A stretch of DNA of 64,000 bases. Source: Marsupella aquatica. Lineage: Eukaryota > Plantae > Marchantiophyta. The translations under genes were made by a program, and so were the position numbers. The DNA lies in NCBI GenBank assembly GCA_973895155.1, contig OZ316892.1, positions 5,044,510 to 5,108,509 on the forward strand, in the 5' to 3' direction. Of this stretch, positions 11,600 to 22,504 are shown piece after piece (the stretch's first letter is position 1; each line of letters starts with the position of its first letter). A model generated the notes under the pieces. It worked only from the letters and a program-made list of their open reading frames with translations, was not told the origin of the DNA and made no database searches.

Positions 11600-14031
11600 A
11601 TGGCTTCTTCGTTTCTTCTCTCCCTTTCCTCTGCCAGTGTTGTTTCTTTTGATCCTGCTGCTACTGGTAATTCTCGCGCGTCAACCATCTCCTCCGGTTC
11701 TAGAAGGGCGGAACGCCAACTGATCAAGGAGATGTTAACCGATGATCGCCTTCTCACATCGAAACCACGCTATCATTTTACTTTCCCGAACATCTGGAGA
11801 CGATGTCTTGTCTGGTCAGGCCGCAGCACCATTCAAACCGGACAGGTCCCTCAATTTGCGGCGGCTCGGCAACAAAATGAATCCCCCGTTGGAGATGCAG
11901 CTTCGCCTAGGTCGACCGGAGTTGAGGGTTCCGGCATATGCCCTTGTCGACTGTGCGGAAGAAGAGCACTGGTAGCATCTTTGGGCCCACTTCTCGCTTC
12001 GACTGGGAACACTCGCAGGGCCACAGCTTCTAATTTCGAGAGCTCTGATTACAATGTACGGTTCCCATAAAAATTTGATGGATGGATCGGTTCACACCTT
12101 CAATTTGGAATCCTTGTATCGTAGGCTCCTCTCTGTGAAGCGCCTCGCTCTCTCAAATTTGTGAGCCTTAAAATTCATTCAATTAATTCATTCTTTCATA
12201 TAATTCTCGTCTGTAAAGTTCCCCTACTTTGGGCTTGCTTCGATTCATTCGTTCAGTTGTCCTCTACAAGAGTGCCCTTCTGTTTTCCCCTTGTCTTAGA
12301 TAAATCCATAAATGCATCCATTCATTTGTGGCATTGAAGCTCCAGTGGTTGAATTGGATCTGCATTGAGGATGTGGGAATCTTTTCCATTCTCTTCAGGC
12401 TATTAGAGAAGCTATGCATCCGCCAAGACCAGAATGGTACGAAAAACTCTACGCCCAAGCCATGGCTAAAACTATGGTTTCATATGAGGCAGAGGTGAGC
12501 CCACAATAAAGGAACTCCGTAATCAAATGATCTTCCCGTGAGCGCAAGTTTACTTCTAGACTTTGTTCTCAGATCTCTGATGTTGCCCACATTCTGACGT
12601 TGGCCGATGAAATCTCTTGAGTTTGAGTGGCTTGTTTACTACTTTGTTGGCTAAGCTGTTGTGCATTGCGGGAAGGTGGCAATTTACAAGCGCGAGCTAT
12701 TTGGCGAGCTGGATGAGAAGGTAGAGCACATACTGGAGTTGGGCATTGGGACGGGGCCCAATCTGATGTACTATGGGAACTTGCCTCACCTTCAGCAAGT
12801 GGTAGGAGTGGACCCCAATCTGCAGATGGCTAAATACTGTGCAGACTCTGCCACTGCCGCAGGTCTTTCCGATTCGCAGTTTGAGTTTTTACATGCAGTA
12901 AGCTCAATCCTGGCGCATCCTTAACAGCCTTCAGATAACCTTGTTTGCCTTTTGCAATCATAAAAGAGATTTTGGGTTTAGTGGGTCTCCAAACATAGCT
13001 CTTCTAAACTTGAGTCTGGAATGCCTCTCTGAGTCTAATTATACGTTGAGCACAACTTTCTCTGCAACATGTCCACTCCCTTTTGATGTCAGGTGCACTA
13101 GTTGTTTTGATGGTTTTGGTGGTGCGATGGTAACATCAGGTTGGGGAGGGAATACCTGTTGCTGATGAGAGCATGGACGCCGTTGTTTGTACTCTTACAC
13201 TGTGTTCGGTATCAGACGTGAACAAGACTCTTGAAGGTACTACCTGGGCCCCTTTTCTACTTCTTAATCAATATATTGGATGAGCCTTCAATGCTGTGAA
13301 GAGTAAAAAATGATCTAAGGGAGGTATAATATTAGCTATGATAGGTGCAACGCTCGCGCAGTGGGAGATGCCGAGCCAGTCTGAGTCATACCTTTTAGGA
13401 AAATTCCCCATTGACATAATTAATTTCTTGATTTTGATTTGCTTGAACTGCCATTTTCTCTATTGTTCTGTGAAGCAACTTGTGTGCATAAGGAATAAAC
13501 GAAAACAGTAGTCACGTTCAAGCTGTTCCCTTATTTTTCTGCCATTAGAGTTGGAAGATTGTTCCAACTTCCCTAACTCCCCCTCAATTCTTGTGTTTCA
13601 AATCCTATCGGATAGCAGACGGTGCTGACATTGTTGTAATATTTCTGTGGTGCTCCAGAGATCAAGAGGGTGCTCAGGCCAGGTGGTGCCTTTCTATTTA
13701 TCGAGCATGTAGTTGCCCCAGGTCTGTTTGTATTTCCACGGACACATGCATTCATCAGAGTTCAATGCTTGTTTACAACCTCCGGCATCAATGGTTTCGT
13801 TTTTTACTGACCGTCGGTATTTCTTGTCTGTCTCCAGAGGGCAGTGGTCGGCGATTTTGGCAAGGTCTGCTGGACCCTCTTCAGCAGTGGGTTGGAGATG
13901 GATGTCACCTCACACGAGATACTCTACAATCTGTTAATGATGCCCATTTCGGTTCTGTTCAGTCTGAAAGATTCAATGTGGCATCCGTTTCTCTGTTTAG
14001 TCCACACGTTAGGGGCATAGCTTACAAATAA
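11600..14031 (+). CDS. Class I SAM-dependent methyltransferase (Methyltransf_11, METTL7-like) with probable plastid transit peptide; exons 11600-12055, 12399-12494, 12676-12897, 13140-13236, 13659-13721, 13838-14031
   Basis: Ser-rich N-terminus; HPPRPEWYEKLYA; motif I LELGIGTGPN; DAVVCTLTLCSV; EIKRVLRPGG.FLFIEHV; DPLQQWVGDGCHLTRD. All GT-AG junctions join in frame. Confidence 0.9.
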
Positions 14032-15604
14032 TGTGTAACGTGCAGGGCGCTGAAAGACAACCAGACCGAGAATGTGCAGCATGACCAAGCCTTTTGTCTA
14101 TGGGGAAATGTCTCAAGCTCGACATGTTTTCCATTGTCTTATCTGCTCTGAGGCTGGTGTCTCTATTGGACCAGTGAGCTTCGAGAATTGGAGGGTCCGT
14201 TTTAGGTTCTAGTCAGATGTCAAGTAGCAGATGGGTTTCATGTTATGGGGCGTGATATCTCACTATGTTAGGGGTCTTGCCATTGCTGACATAGCAATAT
14301 GAAAATCAGAATACATCGTTGAGGCTTTAACTGTTTTTGCCTCCAACAGTGGTCACCACTTCTTCATTGTATAACAACCAACTATTCATGGCTTCAAGGA
14401 TACGAACAGTAAGCCTTTGAAAGTAGTAGTAAATGTGTTTCCAGAGATGTTTGGCTGGACGACTCTGTCGAGAAGCATGCCCAGAAAGGAAAATCAACCA
14501 CGACAAGGACTCTCGTATCATCAGTCTCTTAATTTACTTAATGGTGCAACTTAGTGTTTCAAAATTTGACTTCAAACCAAGCATCTCAGATGCATAAATC
14601 GGTGCGACTCTGACTGTGCGTGACATTCGGGAAGGGAAACGTGATAAGTTCAAATTTACATGACAGGGAAAAAATATAGACCAATCTGCTCCAGATTTCG
14701 TGGATTGGTGTGCCACATCGTCTTCAAAGATTATCCCCCCTCCCGCATATTTACTTAAACTTAGGCCACCTTTTTGTTTCCTCTGGCAGAATACGCATTA
14801 CTTTAAACTACATTCAGCTTCGGGCTACAGGGACAGTGTGGGATTCCCCACGATGACAAAAACCAGAATGACAATATTTTCAAACGGCCATTTTCCTCTG
14901 CTGGCCACTTCCCGGTATTATTTGAACTGTCGGTTACAAAGGATGCTTAGTTCGTCTCCTGTTGTCGTTACTATGGCGCTCACAGTGGTACCATCGCCTT
15001 CACTTGGGTTCAAGTATATTCGACTTATTTTTCTTGGTGCTTTGTATGGGGCTCACCAGGGTTCCTTGTTTGAGTATCTTGCGGAGCAACCTGTTATTGC
15101 CAGCGGATTGTCGTCCAGGAAATGCTCAGCTTCTGCTGACCAGTTCATTCCAACAACGCTTTCACACTCCCTGTCACACCATTACGAAGAAGGACTCCAT
15201 TACGATGTCGATCCACAATTTAAGTGGAGGGTACTGAAGCCCATCCCATGCAAGATTAAATTCGCCAGCTGATGACCTGAATAATAGTGACAAACCTTAG
15301 TAGATCAACATGGCCGAATTGGCCTTGTTTGACCACCAATTGAATTACTGATTTGCTGCAAAAACGCATCCTCGCTGGAATAACTCATTTTCTACGATTA
15401 GCTCTGTCTCTGAAGGCGGCTTCGATACCAAATCTTAAACACTCAAAACATGTCACAGAAGTGTACCATGACAGCACAATTAATATTTTGGTTGTGCACA
15501 TTTGATCCGGCCTTCCATTCCACATTGCAATATCGGTCAGAGTTGCATCCTACAAGAGTAAATCGCCTGGAATGAAGTAAGGATGGGACAGAAATTTACG
15601 AAGA

Positions 15605-16010
15605 TGCATGTTCATTCTCATTCGATGCTCGTCTGGTAAGAAATCCAACAAGACTGAAACCTCAACTATCTGGATCTAAAAATAGGGCAGGTCTGAGCTA
15701 CGGCACTGTAGTAAGTAAGCTCGCAAGGGGCAAGTTGGAATCATGAAATACAGTGCTCCAGGCAAGAACAGTCACCATAATGAAAGGAGCTGATGATAAC
15801 ATGGCCATCCCAAAAGTAAATCAGGGCGGGGAAGGATAATTATTGCAAGATGGAAGAATGTCCTGAATGAGTCGTGGCAACAACTAACAAAGGTTCCGCA
15901 ACCATTTTGGATTACAGCACTGTCATGGGAGGGTTTCTTCAGAAATATCATCATTTTGATTGACTCAGGAGTGTGCACATGTGTTGGCTCAACCAGACAT
16001 CATCCAGGAT
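15605..16010. repeat. Diverged duplicated non-coding segment (copy B of 10065-10490)
   Basis: Same ordered blocks as copy A. Confidence 0.65.
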
Positions 16011-16324
16011 TCCACGGACGGCTCGTGGTCCTATCGTTTCCTCTGCTTTTTCCGTTGCTTTGCAGAGACAATGATTGTAATTTACCTTGTTGAGTTGCTG
16101 ATGGGAGAAGTGTCCACTTTCCCACTTCAAATTGCATTTTCTCATTGCATGTTAAAAAAGAAAATGCCAGATCTGGTTAAGCACTTGTGAAAAAAATGCA
16201 TTTTTTGGTTCCATGTACAAAGCAAAAGGCCCTATATCTAGTAAAGGGAGATTAAAAACTACAATAGGGGCCTATGGTCTAGAGTGAAGCCTCTAGACCG
16301 CAACTTTGGGGGACACAGCTGCGG

Positions 16325-16572
16325 CTGGGGTGGAACTGGAAATAGACTTCACCATCTATTTACAAGCAAAGCTCGGGCATTCAGTTGGGGTTGGAACTAG
16401 AAACAGGCACAAAGTTATTCACCATCTATTTATGAGCAAAGCTCGGGCATTTGGTTGGGGGTCGAACTAGCACTGGGCACAAAGTTGTTCACCATCTATT
16501 TACTAGCAAAGTTCCGACATTGGATTGGGGGTGGAACTGGCAATGGGCACAAACAGTATTCACCATCTACTG
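16325..16572. repeat. Tandem repeat, 70-bp unit, ~3.5 copies
   Basis: ttcaccatcta recurs at 16348, 16418, 16488 and 16559. Confidence 0.85.
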
Positions 16573-18515
16573 GTGAACAACACGCAAGCATTCTGGCTAG
16601 TTTTTTGGTGGTTTCCGCCTCTTTGGCATTTGCTTCCTTGTGTGCTCAGGCCCCTTGGGTTTGCTGTTCTTTGTGCGCAGTTGGTCTTTGCCGCAGTGGC
16701 CTCTTGAATACATCCGTACCCTGTAGCCCTTTTCTTAAAAAAAGAAGGGTAAAAAGTTTTTGGGAAGAAGTCATAGGCATGCACTTATTAAATTTATGCA
16801 CACTTATGCGCAGTGGACTCTTAAACCGTACCCTGTAACCCTTTTCTTAAATGAAAAAGAAAAGTATAAACGTTTATGTTTCTTTTTTCACAATGAATTA
16901 CATTAAAATAGCCAACATACAAAGCCTGGGGCCCCAAAAAAGGACACCAGCCCACAGGACCAAAGGTCAACGTGCTAAAAACCAGGGGAATTTAAAGAAA
17001 AAGAAAAGTATTAAAGTTTTTGGGAAGAAGCCATAGACTTCTTGCACTTATTCACTTTACATGCACTTATGCGCAGTGGACTCTTCAGTCAGCAGAGGTC
17101 CACGAGGGCCGTGCAGTGCCATCGTCACCTCTTGCTTCCAAGTTCCAAGATCCAAACTCTTCGCGAAATAAATCTATCTCCCACATCAATGCGGAAAAGG
17201 ATCTGCCCACAAGAAGGAAATGACATCATTCACCATTCTGCCCGAGGCGATGCACGAGAAGGAGACACACGGAGACGACTTTTCACTCACTCTTCACGCA
17301 ATCAAGCGAGAGGTGACTTGTTGTCTCAGCTGAGCTGAGCTGAAAGGTCTATTGCAGCGAAGGAGTTGGACGGAAGATTGTGGAATCGATTCTTCTGTTG
17401 GTACAATGTTGTGGCGATGCGAGAGAGATATTTGAACGGGGGAGACGCCTTGTGACTCTTTACCGCCTCTGGGCTGAGCCGAGCTTGAGTTGGGCTGAGC
17501 TGAGCTGAAGTGAAGGCTGTGGTTCGTTTTTCTAAAGGAGTTGGAGAGAAGACTGGAATCGCTGCTGTAGGTGTGGAAATAGGGAGTGTTGGGGCGATTG
17601 CGGAGAGAGACATCTGGAGGAGACACGTGAACTCGGATTTGATGGTCATTGCGTGGATCTGAGTTCCGAGGATTGGTAGTCGGGAGGAGAGACAGACGAA
17701 ATCCGACACAAACCCTACTCGAGATACGTTTCGTCGTCGGTTGATTGACAGTTTAGAGGTAAGGAAGGGGCAAAGCAGGATCCGATCCGAGAGTTCGAAG
17801 GTGTGTGTCGGAAGAACTGGGCAAGGAAGGACTTCTGTAGCAGGTGGATGATTCAGGAGGTGGGATCGATGGTTTTCTGGCTTCTCACAATTCAGTCTGT
17901 TGAGTGGTATTTTAACATGGGGGAAGGAGTGATGTCTGTTAGGTTGGAAGGTTCGAGTGCATTATTTCCTGAAGCTGACAAATCACCTAAAGTAGAGTGG
18001 AATTTGAAGAGCTTCCTGTCTTGCAAGTTTAGGGCTAGATGGTCTTCTAGTTGTCTGAAGGAGGGCAGCCACTTCTCGATCTGTTTAGCATTTGTGGCGT
18101 TTGAGGATTGGGGCTTTAGCTCTAGCAGGCTGAATGTCTTAACCAGTGCTCTCTGTAATGTAGTTGTTCAGACCAATGCTGCCCGTTGTCTCACAATCTG
18201 ACGCAATGCTGCATGTTTTCTCACAATCTAGACCAGTGGTGACTGTAGTGTAAGAATCAGAGCTGGCAGCCAGAAAATTTAACGAAAGAGTTGGACCTCT
18301 GCCCTGGTCCCCCTGCTGAGAAGTCTTGTTCTGCGTTGTAGCTGTGCCTGAGAATCGTAGAACGTTTAGGGTTTTTCATCATTCAAGAGACCGTTAGATA
18401 GTGTGCTGGGGATTAATTGAAGGTGGGGGACGAAGGACTCACGGCATTTTTCTCGTCTAATGCAGTGAATTCCGGCTGCACTCCATCCGGCCCAGTCGCG
18501 ATTCACGGCGCCTCC

Positions 18516-19691
18516 ATGGCAGGACCCAATCATGATCACCGGATCCACATGGATCGCATGGGGCCGGCCCCGAGTCAGCTACCTGTGCACCTCCTCCTGA
18601 TTTTGGCCCAACTCCTGGCGGGCATTGGCTACGTGCTCACGAGTGTTGTTCTCGTGGGAGGAATGAACAGAATAGTCCTCAGCTTCTACCGAGACATTGT
18701 GGCCATGGCTATCCTGATTCCGGCAGCCTACTTTGTGGACAAAGGCAACCGACTTAAACTCTCTTGGGATGTCATTCTGCATCTCCTTGTGCTGGGCGTG
18801 ACTGGAATTTATGGCAGTAACTATCTCCTCTTCGTTGGGATTCAATACACATCCCCTGAGCTTTCTGCTGCTGCGCAGCCTTTCATTCCTGCACTGACTG
18901 CCTTCATCGCTATTGTGTCTGGGATTGAGGTTGTTTACTGGCAAAGAAGGGATGGACAGTCGAAAGTGGTTGGAATCGTGGCAAGTTGTGCCGGAGCGAT
19001 CGTGATGACCTTTTATCAAGGTCCAGCAGTTATCAGGTTGTGGAACGACGTGGGACAAGGGTGGACTCCGTTTGCGACTTCACCACTGAAGGACATTAGC
19101 TATACAGACATGGGAAGTTTACAACTCCAGGGGTGGATGAATGCCTGGCGATTGGGAGGGCTGTGCCTCATTGGCAACTGTATATGCATGGCTTCTTTCA
19201 TGAATTTGCAAGTTCCTCTTCTGAAAAGGTATCCGGCACCTGTTTCCATCCTTGCTTACTCTTACGGATTCGGAGCTATCTGTATGGGTATTACAGGGTA
19301 TTTTGCTGTGCCGGATGCAAGTGAGTGGGCCCTCGGCTTTAATATGGACCTAGTGGCGGTTCTCTGGAATGGTGCCATAGCTTCAGCCCTGATCTTTGGG
19401 ATTCTGGGATGGTGTCTGAACAGAGTGGGGCCCCTATTTGTGGCCAGCTACATTCCGTTGCAGCCAGTCGTTGCCGGAGTCTTGTCCCTCGTCTTTCTGG
19501 GTAGCACCATCTACCTCGGGAGTATCATTGGCGCCGTGTTAGTTCTCATTGGGCTCTTGCTTGTGTCCTGGTCTCGAGAGGAGACAGTCCGCCTGGCCTC
19601 TCTCTCTCGTCAACTTGAATCCAATTACTCAGAGCATCACAGGTCACCAGTTGATGCACTTAAGGAGCCTTTGATCCAGGTTCATGAATAG
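18516..19691 (+). CDS. WAT1-related / UMAMIT (EamA, nodulin MtN21) transporter, intronless CDS
   Basis: Multi-TM protein with GMN..V..YRD, GIQYTSP, P.LTAFIA...GIE.V, G..KVVG, YQGP, W.LG.L.LIG, LLKRYPAP.S and GPLFVASY.PLQ. First in-frame ATG is 18516; the start could instead be 18549 or 18558. Confidence 0.9.
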   Translation: MAGPNHDHRIHMDRMGPAPSQLPVHLLLILAQLLAGIGYVLTSVVLVGGMNRIVLSFYRDIVAMAILIPAAYFVDKGNRLKLSWDVILHLLVLGVTGIYGSNYLLFVGIQYTSPELSAAAQPFIPALTAFIAIVSGIEVVYWQRRDGQSKVVGIVASCAGAIVMTFYQGPAVIRLWNDVGQGWTPFATSPLKDISYTDMGSLQLQGWMNAWRLGGLCLIGNCICMASFMNLQVPLLKRYPAPVSILAYSYGFGAICMGITGYFAVPDASEWALGFNMDLVAVLWNGAIASALIFGILGWCLNRVGPLFVASYIPLQPVVAGVLSLVFLGSTIYLGSIIGAVLVLIGLLLVSWSREETVRLASLSRQLESNYSEHHRSPVDALKEPLIQVHE

Positions 19692-21220
19692 AGGACATGG
19701 TCACCATAATCCTAATGACGGCATGAGCACTTGCGAATGTAAATGCATCCGACACGTCAAGGTTGTAAAGTGCCCTAGTATGAACAAAGCAGCTTGTTTC
19801 CGTTGTGTTCACTAAAGCAGGCTGCTTGTGGTATGGGACCTGATTGTGCTATGTTCCAGTCTATGCGCTGATAAATTTCCAATGCAAGGGAACGGATAAA
19901 ACCATACCGATGTAGACTATGCAGCAAAATACATGCCGTCACATGTTCTCAAACCTTACCGATGGAAAAAAGTCTGTCAAGCTCCACATTCTCGCTCCGG
20001 CTTCCTTTCCAGCAGATAGGTCGTCTTTAATACTTCAATCCAGCAATTGGATGAATCGATTAGGATAAAAAACAAGTCCAAGCAGGTAGGACTGATCAGT
20101 ATGTACTGTAGCTCAATTGAAGGTCAAGTTATCCGTAGAAGGAATGGTTCATTTGTAAGCTGTATGCAGAACGTGTTGCCTAGTGTTGGACCTTGCCACC
20201 GTGAGCCTTTCAGATATAGAAGAATTCTAGTTTGTGGAAAACCTGCCATTATAGTAGAGTTCCACCTTTTGTCCCACAATTTAATCAGGGGGTCGTTGTA
20301 TTCTCGCAATCTAAATCACGACTGACTCTACTTTCACAATCTAAACCCGTCCTGCCTGGAATCTAGCAAATGCAGCTTTTTCTGCCTCATCGGCAACCCA
20401 TGTGTGTATGGGCTTCCTTCCCTCAATTTGCAATCCACTCTTTGGGAAGGTAGTCATCCCATATGTACAGACTTTCGTACTTTTATGGTTTCCGAGCTGC
20501 CATCTGAATAGAATTCTGAATATAGAGTGGACCGGCAATTTGCATCCATCTGTGAGCAGCATTTGCTCCATGTTAGATCTCATTGACGATTGCTTGTTTC
20601 TTGGTCTCGAGGAGAGACATTCTGCCCGGATTCCTCACATCCAAAGTGACCCAGGATCGGCACTGAAAGCGAAATAGTAGTGAAGTCACTTAAGCTCATG
20701 AAGAATTGAGGGGAGGAGGTGATGTAGTACATCTGAGAAACATCGGAGGCAAGACTTCAGTCCACAGTCATTGGAAGTTCTTTGTGTAAACCTAAATAAT
20801 GTAACATGCACTCTTTCTACCCATGTATAAGTATGTAATCTCAATCAAAAGCTACTGCCTGGGCTTTAGGGAGCCTCTAGACCTCGACTCTAGAGACATC
20901 ATGTCTAGTGGCTAGGCTCTAAGGACAGAATTGAAAGAGAGGGCAGACAAAATATCTCAGGACATAATGACTAGAGGGCTCTAAGGACAATTGGAAGTGA
21001 GATTGCACACAACAAACAGAGATAGGGGTAGACCATGACTCTAAGGACATAACTGAAAGTCTAGAGTGAAGTCTCTAGACAATGACTCTAAGGACATAAT
21101 GTCTAGATCTCTAAGGCCAAAATTAAAAGTGACTCTAAGGGCATAACTGAAAGTTGTCTAGAGTGAAGAGCCACTTTCAATTTTGGCCACTTTTTACTGT
21201 AGCCCACGGGACCAGTACCT

Positions 21221-21998
21221 TCCAGCAAGCCACATCGAGTGATCAGGTGTTGTGAGAAGGGTAACGAACCTACCCACATGAGATGAAGATGGGTAACAGA
21301 GAGAAATCGATGCAAAAGCGGGCAGTGGACCCTACAATTAATACTGAAGGGAGTGCTCCAGTGTTTTTTTTAGTGGCAAAAATTTGCCAGATTCCACCTG
21401 CCCAAAAATATTTAGCCATTTTTGGCAAAAATTTGTTAGTATTTTGGTGTCTCATTAGCCAGTGTCTTGCCTAATCATAGGTCCCACTAGCCAGAATCTA
21501 AGAGTCAGACTTAAATCTAGGGAGCTGACGGTCACCTAATCATAGGTACCACTAGCCATCTAACAGTCATACTTAAATCTAGGGAGATGACGGTCAGGAA
21601 ATTACTCAGATAAGGAATATTTTGAGCATCTTCTCCTTCACACTCTCGACATTCGCCACTCTTTCTAGTGAAATACTTAAAAAAACATGCTGGACATTCG
21701 CCACTCTGGCCAAAACGTAAAATCCTTAAAAAAATATGCTGGAGTGTTCCATGGGAAGGTCCGACGAAGGGAGACCCCGAAACAATGAATGGATCTTGAC
21801 AGCTCCCTAAATCCAACGTTGGCAGATTAGCCGCTCACCTAATCTTCACATTTGCTCCCGAAATCTCCGGAAGTTTTCATATTCATGAAACGGCTGTTGA
21901 TCTGTGTTGAGCAACGAACGTATCTATCTATTTTCTAAATGAAAATCATGTGGGGCACGGAGGATTGAGTGAATGAGCTGTACACTGTGGCCTTTTGT
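21221..21998 (+). promoter_or_regulatory. Non-coding module shared with the region upstream of hevein-RLK2 (55311-55424), split here by a ~660-bp insertion
   Basis: 21221-21255 vs 55311-55345: 33/35 identical. 21956-21979 vs 55384-55407: 24/24 identical. A regulatory role is inference only. Confidence 0.45.
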
Positions 21999-22504
21999 CG
22001 TGTGTATTCTCGCAGAGTTTCCCAGAGCCTCTCGACTAGTCATGTCAATGGCGCTTGGAACGTGCTCAAGGAACACTTGCAGCTGGGCAGATCAGGTTTG
22101 TCTAATTCTTCCCGGTGTAGGTTTTCTCCTAGTCTCTCAGGGTACTGCTCCCGGCCTCCTTGCAACCTCTCCTAAATGTGACTCGGTCAGGTATCGACTA
22201 GTCCTTCTGTTTTGTGGATCTCGAAACCGTTCTGTTGTTGTTTCCCACTCGTCGGGAGATTTCGCCTTGATTTCGTGCATCTGCATTGGTTGACCTTTTT
22301 CATGCTCGTAATCAGCATGATTCAGCCAAAAGATCCGATGTCGTGATCAACGATTTCTGATAATCGCACTTGCTGTCAAGTTTTTCTCTGCGTCGGATCA
22401 ACGTCATCGAGGCAGAAGGACTGTGTGCTTCAAAGGCCCCGGATCTGTGCTGCTTTCCTTTCCTAGTACCGAGCATTTCCTATCTACTACTGAGGGCAAA
22501 TGCA

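Noticed and set aside
16325-16572. 70-bp periodic repeat as a CRISPR, tRNA or snoRNA cluster
   Set aside because: The whole unit is degenerate-repeated; no spacers, cloverleaf or C/D boxes are evident.
17325-17510. GAGCT/GGGCT pentamer runs resembling switch-region repeats
   Set aside because: Only a few units; simple low-complexity sequence upstream of the transporter gene.
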